Source of the DNA: Haliotis cracherodii
Lineage: Eukaryota
Assembly: GCF_022045235.1 (NCBI RefSeq)
Contig: NW_027266286.1
Location: 21,886,001-21,950,000, forward strand
Direction of reading: 5' to 3'
DNA: 64,000 nt
Below are positions 50,721 through 62,689 of this stretch, piece after piece. A program made the position numbers and the translations under genes. A model generated the notes under the pieces. The model saw only the letters and a list, made by a program, of their open reading frames with translations. It had not been told where the DNA came from and did not search any database. Position 1 is the stretch's first letter. Each line of letters begins with the position of its first letter.

Positions 50721-51141
50721 GCAATGACAAACATTAATTTGTGCTGTCAATAATTATAGATATACAGAGGCTAACCAAGTCCTTTAATGACATACAACGT
50801 CTGATTTACTGAGAGTATGAATACCTATTTTAGAGAATCAATCATTAAAGAATTCACCTATCCATTTTCACGAACAGACAAATAAACTGTAAAAGAAAGG
50901 ATACACCTATGTTTGATGGTGGCTAAAAATTAAAAAAAACAAGAAATGGTTATTCGTCATTAACGTCTTTAATACGAGTATCACATCACATGCAGCCTGT
51001 CAATGCCTATCTCACAACAGGTGACGTGCATATGACGTTCCTCAAGGAACAAGGGGGTCGCAATTTCACAGTACACGTTAATGTTTTCTTTTACCCCGTA
51101 GTTTACCGCACACATCTAGTTAGATCTAGCTCTATTTGACT

Positions 51142-51423
51142 GGGGGCACGGGTGGCCCAGTCGTCTAAGGCGCCGCGATTCGCTGTGCAGAGTTGCGTCC
51201 CTTGGGCACACCAGAAACCTATGATTGTGGGTTCGAATCCCGGTTCGCCCCAATTATGTTTCTAGGTTTGTCAGCACCATACCAGTGCTCGTGGGTTTCA
51301 CCGAAGTGGTAAACGTCTAAAAACCTGCATCACTTCAGGCTTTCCTCCCACATTAAGCTGACACGCCGTGATATGACTGGAATACTGTTAAAAGCGGCGT
51401 TAAGCCAAACTCACTCACTCACT
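51142..51423 (+). mobile_element. SINE family A, full length
   Basis: TSD CTCTATTTGACTG. Confidence 0.93.
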
Positions 51424-52684
51424 CTATTTGACTGAGTTTTGGATAGAAAGTAGTGACAATTCATTAACGTATTTCCCTGGTCCATCACGTATCCATCCCG
51501 TATCTACCCGTATCTACCCGTATTTGTATCTTCTATCGTTTGTGCATTGCATGCGTTTCGTGTGTCCATTAAATAAACATGGCGTTGGTCTCGGTAGCAG
51601 GTCCCAGGTGCATATGAAACACCAACATTTTTCACAAACCGTTTTGGCACCTGGAAATATAATCTCGAAGGAAACACACCGTATCACGAGTAAGGATTAA
51701 AAATATGGATGAGCAACTTCTTTATCACATTACGGTACGACGTTTCATTCTAATTGTATTAAAGAAGTTGGTCATCTGTATATCTTATCCTTACAAAGAA
51801 CTCCAACTGTCAAATGCTTCTCAATGACACGTATACATTTCTCATCGCTTTTTTCAATTTACCTCTACTTCATCAACGGTTAATTATCAGCGAGGAGCCT
51901 TCTTGTAAGGATATGTGTCTGAAGTGTTATTGCAATGGCTCTCAGTGGAATACCACTTCACCTTCTAGTCAAGCAGAGGTTCTTATGATATCATAATAAC
52001 AAAATATTGTATATATTTCAAAATGATCTTTTCAACAACGACTTTTAATTTTCCAGCCGATATATGAAATGACAAGGCCACGAAATCATTTTACTATGAA
52101 TGTGTGAGAGAGTAAGATATCGGTTTGATTTGATGAAATAATCGTCATGTGAAGTATAACTATAATTTCCTCTTAATATTACAAGCCAAACTATGTCCAG
52201 GTCGTTAAATTGTTTGAACATCCATCTGCAACAATCGTCACACAACTGGCGACAACTGAGCCAGTGTTTTGTCATCTGCTTCATGACGATATAATACGGT
52301 CACCTAAAGTCACACAAGGTCACACGGGGAAATTAACCTATATCTACACACATGTGTTAACAAAAGGAATAGATTTCAGTTGGTAACGGTCAATATTACA
52401 CAGACACAAGATCGGAATCTTTAACGCATGTCTTACTTCGCAGAACAAGAGGGATATATATGAGTTGTTAATTGTTGATAATACTGATATCAACTGATTA
52501 ATGTCTATTGTATAACCCTATATATATTAGGCGTAATCCTGTTTAAACAACACTCCTTTGCAACCCCCTACATATGTGCTATGTTAAATAAGGTCACACG
52601 CCAGCCGGTATTGACCAGATGGCCGACATCACAAACAATGTTCCCAGTAGCAGGAAATCTATTAGTAATAAATATACACACCTG

Positions 52685-52781
52685 GGCCCACTTGCACAAA
52701 GCGATCTTAACGCTAAGACTATCGTAAGCCTATAAAGTATGGGATCATCTAAGGGCTAAGATTGCTTTGTGCAAGTGGGCC
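52685..52781. mobile_element. PIF/Harbinger-like hairpin MITE
   Basis: GGCCCACTTGCACAAAGC TIRs and CTG TSD. Confidence 0.85.
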
Positions 52782-53062
52782 CTGGAGAATAGTAAAGCAC
52801 GGCTTTCTCTATATGTCCAAGTAAAATAATCATTTTGTAAAAGAAATCCTATCCTGTTTGCAAGTATCGTCCTCCCTGGTAATAGTGATGACTTTCGTCG
52901 AGCGGAAAATATGGCATTATAAACAGTGTGACATTATAACCAGGAAGTGAAACTTTATCTTTAATACTGACATGATATGTGGAAGATTAACTAAGAACAA
53001 AACCACATCCATTCAACCCAATCTATTTATTTAAACAGGACTTCATCAAATACTTTACCAAC

Positions 53063-53080
53063 CGCGCGCGCGCGTGTGTG

Positions 53081-53144
<64 letters not shown>

Positions 53145-53149
53145 TGTGC
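53063..53149. repeat. (CG)n-(TG)n-(CGTG)n microsatellite
   Basis: Uninterrupted purine/pyrimidine alternation. Confidence 0.97.
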
Positions 53150-53446
53150 AATGTTTGTTGCCATGTGCCCCTATGGTATTAGGGCAATGTATGTTGGCAA
53201 ATAAAAAACGTCAATGGCTGGGAGGAATCAGTCTCGATTATTTGCCGAAAGAGATTATATTGGGCGTAAAAGGCAAAATGGTGAAAATCATATTACACCC
53301 TATTTGCCGTATGTTACTGATTTGTTTGTGTCCAGACATATGATCCTCTGGTACACCTATCTTCTCCCTGTTTGCTTGGCTGTGCGTACAATATGTAGAT
53401 TGTCATACCGGTACACTGTCTATGTCGCTCGGTTATTCCGCCTATC

Positions 53447-53727
53447 GGGGGCACGGGTGGCCCAGTCGTCTAAGGCGCCGCGATTCGCTGTGCAGAGTTG
53501 CTTCCCTTGGGCACGCCAGAAACCTATGATTGTGGGTTCGAATCCCGGTTCACCCCGATTATGTTTCTAGGTTTGTCAGCACCATACCCGTGCTCGTGGG
53601 TTTCACCGAAGTGGTAAACGTCGGAGACCTGCATCACTTCAGGCTTTCCTCCCACATTAAGCCGACACGCCGTGATATAACTGGAATATTGTTGAAAGCG
53701 GCGTTAAACCCAACTCACTCGCTCACT
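53447..53727 (+). mobile_element. SINE family A, full length
   Basis: TSD TATTCCGCCTATCG. Confidence 0.93.
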
Positions 53728-53760
53728 ATTCCGCCTATCGTCATTTGAATTACATACAAA

Positions 53761-53921
53761 TGGAGCGGCCATAAAATTTCCGAGTCCCGTGATGGGATTC
53801 GAACCACGGACCTTCTGATCCGAATTCGGACGCCTTGTCCACGTGACCAAAGAGGTTAACCCCGTCAGCAATCTGACAAGGTAAGGATGTCATCTTTGGG
53901 ATGACTCCATGCCCTGCTACA
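53761..53921 (-). mobile_element. LTR-like repeat containing a tRNA-Arg(UCG)-derived pseudogene (second copy)
   Basis: The - strand reads TGTAGCAGGGC...GGACAAGGCGTCCGAATTCGGATCAGAAGGTCCGTGGTTCGAATCC...TTTTATGGCCGCTCCA. Confidence 0.65.
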
Positions 53922-54003
53922 ATTAGGTTGGCGAATACCAGACATCGCGCGCCGGCAGCCAGTTCTCGGAAAGCGTTTTGTCCCGGTTTGATATCTGCTT
54001 CTC

Positions 54004-54230
54004 AGAAAACATTTTCCAAATAAGGAAATGTCATGACGAAATAACATAGTTATTACATCACATGATTCAATCGCCCTGGTTCCCTATTATTATGTTCAGT
54101 TCAAGGTTATTTGCATCGGAAAACATTTTCCAAATAAGGAAATGTCATGACGAAATTACATAGTTATTACATCACATGATTCAATCGCCCTGGTTCCCTA
54201 CTATTATATTCAGTCCCAGGTTATTTGCAC
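54004..54230. repeat. ~115-bp direct tandem duplication
   Basis: GAAAACATTTTCCAAATAAGGAAATGTCATGACG... occurs twice. Confidence 0.9.
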
Positions 54231-54270
54231 TGAAAATGATCGGTCTGTGTCCCATGGACACTTGTTGGTA

Positions 54271-56674
54271 CGAGGGTTGATTGATAAGTTCTGAGCTTCA
54301 ACATAGAAGGATTAACGTAATTTTAACTTTTTTGTTGTGGCGATTACAGGAGGTCATACAGGTATGAGAACACAGAACCTTGCCATGGATACATTCCACA
54401 CGTGGAGCTCTGAACACCTTCAACAGAGCCTTTTCATGGCTACATTCCACACGTGGAGCTCTGAAGTCCTTCAACAGAGCCTTGTCATGGCTACATTCCA
54501 CACGTGGAGCTCTGAAGTCCTTCAACAGAGCCTTTTCATGGCTACATTCCACACATGGAGCTCTGAACACCTTCAACAGAGCCTTGTCATGGCTACATTC
54601 CACAAGTGCAGCTCTGAACTCCTTCAACAGAGCCTTGTCATGGCTACATTCCACAAGAGCAGCTCTGAACTCCTTCAACAGAGCCTTGTGATAGCTACAT
54701 TTCACACGTGGAGCTCTGAACTCCTTCAACAGAGCCTTGTCATGGCTACATTCCACAAGTGTAGCTCTGAACGCCTTCAACAGAGCCTTATCATGGCTAC
54801 ATTTCACACGTGGAGCTCTGAACTCCTTCAACAGAGCCTTGTCATAGCTACATTCCACAAGTACAGCTCTGAACTCCTTCAACAGAGCCTTGTCATAGCT
54901 ACATTTCACACGTGGAGCTCTGAACTCCTTCAACAGAGCCTTGTCATATCTACATTCCACTAGTGGAGCTCTGAACTCCTTCAACAGAGCCTTGTCATGG
55001 CTACATTCCACACATGAGGCTCTGAACTCCTTCAACAGAGTCTTGTCATGGCTACATTCCACACGTGGAGCTCTGAACTCCTTCAACAGAGCCTTGTCAT
55101 GGCTACATTCCACACATGAGGCTCTGAACTCCTTCAACAGAGCCTTGTCATGGCTACATTCCACACATGAGGCTCTGAACTCCTTCAACAGAGCCTTGCC
55201 ATGGCTACATTCCACAAGTGTAGCTCTGAACGCCTTCAACAGAGCCTTATCATGGCTACATTTCACACGTGGAGCTCTGAACTCCTTCAACGGAGCCTTG
55301 TCATGGCTACATTCCACAAGTACAGCTCTGAACGCCTTCAACAGAGCCTTGTCATGGCTACATTCCACACATGAGGATCTGAACTCCTTCAACAGAGCCT
55401 TGTCATAGCTACATTTCACACGTGGAGCTCTGAACTCCTTCAACAGAGCCTTGTCATGGCTACATTTCACAAGTGGAGCTCTGAACTCCTTCAACAGAGC
55501 CTTGTCATGGCTACATTCCACACATGAGGCTCTGAACTCCTTCAACAGAGTCTTGTCATGGCTACATTCCACACGTGGAGCTCTGAACTCCTTCAACAGA
55601 GCCTTGTCATGGCTACATTCCACACATGAGGCTCTGAACGCCTTCAACAGAGTCTTGTCATGGCTACATTCCACACGTGGAGCTCTGAACTCCTTCAACA
55701 GAGCCTTGTCATGGCTACATTCCACACATGAGGCTCTGAACTCCTTCAACAGAGCCTTGTCATGGCTACATTCCACACATGAGGCTCTGAACTCCTTCAA
55801 CAGAGCCTTGTCATAGCTACATTCCACTAGTGGAGCTCTGAACTCCTTCAACAGAGCCTTGTCATAGCTACATTCCACAAGAGCAGCTCTGAACTCCTTC
55901 AACAGAGCCTTGTGATAGCTACATTTCACACGTGGATCTCTGAACTCCTTCAACAGAGCCTTGTCATGGCTACATTTCACAAGTGGAGCTCTGAACTCCT
56001 TCAACAGAGCCTTGTCATGGCTACATTCCACACATGAGGCTCTGAACTCCTTCAACAGAGTCTTGTCATGGCTACATTCCACACGTGGAGCTCTGAACTC
56101 CTTCAACAGAGCCTTGTCATAGCTACATTCCACACATGAGGCTCTGAACTCCTTCAACAGAGTCTTGTCATGGCTACATTCCACACGTGGAGCTCTGAAC
56201 TCCTTCAACAGAGCCTTGTCATGGCTACATTCCATACATGAGGCTCTGAACTCCTTCAACAGAGCCTTGTCATGGCTACATTCCACACATGAGGCTCTGA
56301 ACTCCTTCAACAGAGCCTTGTCATGGCTACATTCCACTAGTGGAGCTCTGAACTCCTTCAACAGAGCCTTGTCATAGCTACATTCCACTAGTGGAGCTCT
56401 GAACTCCTTCAACAGAGCCTTGTCATAGCTACATTCCACAAGAGCAGCTCTGAACTCCTTCAACAGAGCCTTGTGATAGCTACATTTCACACGTGGATCT
56501 CTGAACACCTTCAACAGAGCCTTGTCATGGCTACATTCCACAAGTGGAGCTCTGAACTCCTTCAACAGAGCGTGAGAGTGTATCAATTTGGAATGGGAAT
56601 AAGAGGGCAAATATATATTTTTTAATGTCTTTAGACCAAGTCTTCCTGTTTGAATCCCTATCAATCAACCCCCG
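54271..56674. mobile_element. Mariner-type TIR element filled by a 51-bp tandem array (~43 copies, 54375-56571)
   Basis: TA|CGAGGGTTGATTGATAAG at 54271 mirrored by CTATCAATCAACCCCCG|TG at 56658-56674. Unit GCTCTGAACTCCTTCAACAGAGCCTTGTCATGGCTACATTCCACACGTGGA. Confidence 0.8.
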
Positions 56675-57319
56675 TGGTAAATGCAATCACAGAGATTAGA
56701 AGTTCACACTTAGATTTGGCGTCTGTAAAACAATCTTGCGTTTGAAATCCTCACAATCCAGTCCAGTGGATATTTAGAAGCAGAGAACAATATTGATGTT
56801 GTCTGTCCAGTGTGAATTATATCAGGTGTGCACATTTCCTCAAACCAGATTGTCATTTTAAGTTTTAATTCCTCTATGAAATACATGGTACTGGTTAGGA
56901 AGACTTGTTGTCAGTTTGGCACGTATGTTCAAGGACTATCCGATGTTTAAGAATGTCATCAATTAATTAACACATACATTATTTATGTTAATCTGCTTTA
57001 CCTCTCCAGTGGAAATAGAAACATTTACGCCATAGCAACACAACTTCTCATGACACTTAAAGGACAGAATATGAAATGTCTTTTCACTTACACACACAGC
57101 ATTACAATTGTCTCCGGTAATTAGTCATAATCGTTTATAGAAAAAAATGTCTGTTTTGTTTATCACGTAGGAAAATACCATTAGTGAGTTATCAGAACAT
57201 CCAGTTCAACATCGGGTTTTTTCCCCACCGAATCATTCAGTCAAGATTGTTGTAATTATTTCGAGTAGATGTCAGATATACACATACATGTATATTGGTG
57301 TATATGATGGTGCCAGACA

Positions 57320-57413
57320 GAGCAATAACAAGCACCATCTTAAGTGTCTTTTGGCATGACGCGGCCGGGAATCGAACCCCGAACCTTCCGCTCTCCTTGC
57401 GGACGCTCTACCA
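57320..57413 (-). mobile_element. SINE family D head fragment
   Basis: Homology to 7870-7955, including the B box. Confidence 0.7.
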
Positions 57414-57729
57414 CTGAATAACGAATGCGGTCTGTGTCAAAGGACATGGTCAGTAACCGCCAGATTCAAACGTTTGTTCCCCGAGAACGGGAAGTGCAAG
57501 TTAGTCATGAAACAGGAAGACATGACATTTGTGGAACCCGGATGAGCGAGTCTGCCCGTTTTATGTTTCATTCCTTCCCGACCTCTGCTTCGAAGGGTGA
57601 TTTGGTGGATGAATATTCATGATCTTCGCTAAAGAGTCTGGGTAGTTGTTAATAGATAGTATTATATGTTTTCAGGCGTCTTACTGAGCTACTTTACAGG
57701 AACCTTGTTAATGGTATTCTATGTTACAG

Positions 57730-57932
57730 GTGCCATGCTTATGGCCATGTATTTAAACGATCTGACCATGAGGGAGACGACAGACCTGACCCGCGCCATG
57801 ATGAACTCGGGGGAGACGTTGAGTTGGCCTGAGGAATGGAGGGGTCAGCTGGTGGACAAACACAGCACCGGGGGAGTCGGGGACAAAGTCAGCCTAATCC
57901 TCGCCCCGGCACTGGCAGCCTGTGGGTTGAAG
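57730..57932 (+). CDS. TYMP: Thymidine phosphorylase, coding exon 2
   Basis: AMLMAMYL...[34 protein letters not shown] acceptor and AAG|GTAAGA donor. Confidence 0.97.
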
Positions 57933-58104
57933 GTAAGAGCACTGGTCCGTCTGTTTCATGCTGTCAAGCTCGAGTCCATACATTCAAAGACATGCTTTCA
58001 GTTGAATAAAACTTGAAGTTGGAGAGGTAAGACGTCCTGCTTAGCAAAATGCAAGGTTTTAATGACGAAGAAACTACCCCTACTATAAAGAAATCGAACA
58101 AGCA

Positions 58105-59750
58105 GCGTATAGCCCCTGCCTGAACAGACTTATATTCTCTTCTTGAACAACCGTATAGCCCCTGCTTGAACAACCGTATAGCCCCTGCTTGAACAACCGT
58201 ATAGCCCTTGCTTGAACAACCGTATAGCCCCTGCTTGAACAACCGTATAGCCCTTGCTTGAACAACCGTATAGCCCCTGCCTGAACAACCGTATAGCCCT
58301 TGCTTGAACATTCCGTATAGCCCTTGCTTGAACATTCCGTATAGCCCTTGCTTGAACAACCGTGTAGCCCTTGCTTGAACAACCGTGTAGCCCTTGCTTG
58401 AACATACCGTATAGCCCCTGCTTGAACATTCCGTATAGCCCTTGCTTGAACATTCTGTATAGCCCTTGCTTGAACATACCGTATAGCCCTTGCTTGGACA
58501 TCTCGTATAGCCCCTGCTTGAACATACCGTATAGCCCCTGCTTGAACATTCCGTATAGCCCTTGCTTGGACATCTCGTATAGCCCCTGCTTGAACATACC
58601 ATATAGCCCCTGTCTGAACATACTGTATAGCCTCTGCTTGAACATACCGTATAGCCTCTGCCTGAACATACCGTAAATTTTCTGCTTGAGCATACCATAT
58701 AGCACTTGCTTGGACATACCGTATAGCCCCTGCTTTAACATACCGTATAGCCCTTGCTTGGACATACCGTATAACCCCTGCTTGAACATTCTGTAAGGCC
58801 CCTGCTTGAACATTCTGTATAGCCCCTACTTGACCATACCGTATAGCCCCAACTTAAACACACCGTATAGCCCCTACTTGACCATACCGTATAACCCCTG
58901 CTTGAACATACCGTATAGCCCCTGCTTGAACATACCGTATAACCCCTACTTGAACATACCGTATAGCCCCTGCTTGAACATTCTGTATAGCCCCTGCTTG
59001 AACATACCGTATAGCCCTTGCTTGAACATTCCGTATAGCCCTTGCTTGAACATTCCGTATAGCCCTTGCTTGAACATTCCGTATGGCCCCTGCTTGAACA
59101 TTCCGTATAGCCCTTGCTTGAACATTCCGTATAGCCCTTGCTTGAACATTCCGTATAGCCCTTGCTTGAACATTCCGTATAGCCCCTGCTTGAACATTCC
59201 GTATAGCCCCTGCTTGAACATTCCGTATAGCCCCTGCTTGAACATTCCGTATAGCCCCTGCTTGAACATTCCGTATAGCCCTTGCCTGAACATACCGTAA
59301 ATTCTCTGCTTGAGCATACCATATAGCACTTGCTTGGACATACCGTATAGCCCCTGCTTTAACATACCGTATAGCCCTGCTTGGACATACCGTATAACCC
59401 CTGCTTGAACATTCTGTAAGGCCCCTGCTTGAACATTCTGTATAGCCCCTACTTGACCATACCGTATAGCCCCAACTTGAACACACCGTATAACCCCTAC
59501 TTGAACATACCGTATAACCCCTGCTTGAACATACCGTATAACCCCTGCTTGAACATACCGTATAGTCCCTGCTTGAACATTCTGTATAGCCCCTACTTGA
59601 CCATACCGTATAGCCCCAACTTGAACACACCGTATAGCCCCTACTTGAACATACCGTATAACCCCTGCTTGAACATACGGTATAGCCCCTACTTGAACAT
59701 TCTGTATAGCCTCTACTTGAACATACCATATAGCCTCTGCTTGAGAACAT
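58105..59750. repeat. 23/24-bp minisatellite, ~68 copies, with internal higher-order duplication
   Basis: Unit CCGTATAGCCCCTGCTTGAACATA. The variant block at 58661 recurs at 59285. Confidence 0.97.
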
Positions 59751-59831
59751 ATCTTAAAGCCTTGAAAACGATTTCTCGCATTTACAGCAAATCCATGACT
59801 CCATCACTGAAGTACATTCCTGTGTTTCTAG

Positions 59832-60060
59832 GTACCCATGATCTCCGGGCGGGGTCTGGAGCACACAGGAGGGACGCTGGACAAACTGGAATCTATCCCA
59901 GGATTCCAAGTCTCTGTGACGACAGAGAGGATGCTGGATATCATCAAGACTGCAGGCTGTTGCATTGTGGGGCAGACGCAAAACCTGTGCCCTGCTGACA
60001 GAAAGATGTACGCAATACGTGACGTCACAGGCACTGTCGACAATCTTGGGCTTATAACAG
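59832..60060 (+). CDS. TYMP: Thymidine phosphorylase, coding exon 3
   Basis: [25 protein letters not shown]...[17 protein letters not shown] signature. Splice phases 0/1. Confidence 0.97.
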
Positions 60061-60189
60061 GTGCTTCACGCTGGTGATACGTCATATCTAAGTCATATAT
60101 GACAGTGATATAATTTTGAAATACTTTTTAACTAAGAGTAACTAAAAACCTAAAAGCAATAAATCCCTTTCCATGAACATGAGAAATTT

Positions 60190-60472
60190 CGGCTTAAAGC
60201 ATTGATTTTAACTAAACTGCCGGGCCAAAGAATATATACGCTCGAAAATTGGATTTGACCAAAAAAATACAGACGTTATGAAAACGTTATACGGCTGAAT
60301 ACAATCGCAGAAACATTGAACATCAGGTTCAAAACACAACTATGATACCCTTTTCAAATATACTTCTCCATCAAAGAACCTTTTCTTGTTTGTTTCATTT
60401 TTAGCCACCATCAAACATGGGTTTATACTTTCTTTAGCCGGGCAGTTTATATCAAAAGTAGCGTTTTAAGCC
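60190..60472. mobile_element. Degenerate MITE in TYMP intron 3
   Basis: GGCTTAAA...TAAACTGCCGGGCCAAAG mirrored by CTTTAGCCGGGCAGTTTA...TTTTAAGCC. Confidence 0.55.
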
Positions 60473-60503
60473 AAGCTCCCCTAATCATTCACTGTTGATA
60501 CAG

Positions 60504-60622
60504 GGTCGATCATCTCCAAAAAGGCTGCAGAGAAGATAGATGCTTTAGTGCTGGACGTTAAGTTTGGCATCGGGGCTTTTCTCAAAGACATTGACACGGC
60601 ACGGAAGCTGGCAGAGATGATG
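60504..60622 (+). CDS. TYMP: Thymidine phosphorylase, coding exon 4 (gene continues past the window)
   Basis: (G)SIISKKAAEKIDALVLDVKFGIGAFLKDIDTARKLAEMM. ATACAG acceptor and ATG|GTAGGA donor. Confidence 0.96.
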
Positions 60623-60742
60623 GTAGGACTTAATGGAAAGGGTTTCTTTCAAAGGCATTTTTACCACTGCAACAACATCTCGATATTTACAATACTATTA
60701 GGTTACAATTGCATTATACGTACAACTATTGCAGCAATAATA

Positions 60743-60775
<33 letters not shown>

Positions 60776-60844
60776 GGAGAGGGCCCTGAGCTGATGATGA
60801 GCCTAACCAGCCTGACTGTGCCAGGATCACCAAAATAAGGAAAA

Positions 60845-61360
60845 TAATAGATCCCACCACCCTTGCTCTTCCCTCAATCGTTTATATTTACCAATTATGA
60901 TGGGAGGGCGTGGTTGATTAATGTGGAGGCTCTTCATGACAAAATTGTTTTGTGCGCTTTTGCACACATATATTTGTCTGATGATCCCCTTGGGAAGCAT
61001 ATCAAGACTCATGGTGACAACAAGGTATTCCACAGTTTTCTAAAACGAGCCAAGGATGTGAGACATAACCTCAATGTCGGTGTTGATTATGTTGATGGTT
61101 CTGTACTGCTGGACGGTACAGAAATGAGTGTCAACCAAGCAAAGTGCCATATCAAGTCGGCCCAGACTCAGTTTTTCAAGGAGAGACTATCTGAACGAGC
61201 ACTGCATCGAGTTTATGTGTAGTGTGTTGAGAAAATCAGCAACCCTGCCGAGTCCTTCGTTTGGATGAAGTCGTGTGGCCTGAAAAGGGAAACAGAACGT
61301 TTTCTGTTTCCTGCTGAGGACCAGTCACAATGATGTGTGATTTTGCAGCAAAATGTAAAA
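60845..61360 (+). mobile_element. Second R4/Dong-clade fragment
   Basis: Closely similar to 48655-49065 and preceded by (TAA)n(TGA)n. Confidence 0.88.
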
Positions 61361-61752
61361 ATTTAAAACTGTAATACTGTTTTTCATTAGATTTGAACAG
61401 TTTATTTTGTTTTATGAAATTATTTTCCTTGTCCCACTTTAATTTCTTTCTGTTCAAACCTTTATCTTTGCCTACAGAGAATCAAGAATTTGATTATTAA
61501 TTTTCCCTTCGTGTATTTATTTTCCATTTTTTTCCGAATTATTTTTTGGCGTTTTGACATTGATTGCCCTGAGGAACGTAATTTTAAGCAAAGTTCTATT
61601 CAGGACATGTCTTTCCTTGTTTCATTTAGTTTTATGTGGAGACAGTTTTCAGTTTGGGTGATTTTCCTTATCACCTTTTTGTAGTTCATTGTCTTTTGAA
61701 ACTGTATTTTTCATAATCAGGTATGATTTACCATTGATTTGAGGTCGGTTGT

Positions 61753-62680
61753 CACTATCTACTTTGCGTGACTACCGTGGAGGGGCCCTATTAGAAGCAA
61801 CATATCATTTTAGTTCATAATATTTTAACCGTTTACTGGAAAGCGTAACTTAATAACCTTTATTTGGATTGACCTATTATAATAAAATAGTTATTTATGA
61901 AATGCTCAGGTCATGATTTATAATCTCGTAAAAGAATATTTTCAATATGTTCGTCGCCAAATTTTGGTTGGTAAGAGCAAAGGTCATATTTTCTATCAAC
62001 TTTATTCACTGAGATTAAAAGAGTTGTTAAACTTTTCAAATTAAGGTTGATTTTGACACAAATTATGATTTTCTAGGTTCATCTAAATTTTATGTCATTT
62101 GAAACTCCTATAAACTGGTTGGTTGACATTGTGTGCATGATAAACCATTACGAGTAAACAAAAGTTGGTGTTTTGTATTTAGATCAACAAAATATTATAA
62201 AATTTGGGCATTGATTCCGTTCATAAATAACAGCTCGAAGTTTGATAAAAAAAAATATCAAATATACCAAATCTTAGAAACAGTAGAACCATAAAGGATC
62301 ACTTTAAAAACATTATTTCTAAAGATGTTGAGCAAAAGGCAGAAAAGACTTTAGCTAATGCAACTGCTATTATCGTTATATTATGTTTCATATTTTAAAC
62401 CTATCATCTATAGAATGTACAAATCTTAAATTGTTACACTGTTAAGGGACATTTTGACTTTATCGGACAGTTTTGACACGATCAACAATTTAGATGATAA
62501 CCGGTTGGGAAACAGTTGTCAGTACGAGATATGTGTTGATAAGTGTAACAATTGTTTATACTTGTGTTTAAAGTTATTGACTTAAACTTTCCAGTAAACG
62601 GTTAAAATATTACCTGAACTAAAATGACATGTTGCACCTTAAAAGGTGTCCAGCATTGTTGTCACGGGAGGTAGATATTG
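61753..62680. mobile_element. MITE with ~95-bp imperfect TIRs, CACTA-like terminus
   Basis: CACTATCTAC...AATATTTTAACCGTTTACTGGAAAG mirrored by CTTTCCAGTAAACGGTTAAAATATT...GTAGATATTG. Confidence 0.7.
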
Positions 62681-62689
62681 GAGCATGGT

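Noticed and set aside
54375-56571. CRISPR-like appearance (hairpin-containing constant part with a short variable part)
   Set aside because: The variable part is only a few nt of recurring variants, not unique spacers. The context is a eukaryotic intron with no cas genes.
57666-57729. ATG 57666 as the TYMP start
   Set aside because: Intronic extension; the true N-terminus is the exon at 49863-49977, which joins in phase at 57730.
57964-59998. Long repetitive ORFs on both strands
   Set aside because: Products of the 24-bp minisatellite in TYMP intron 2.
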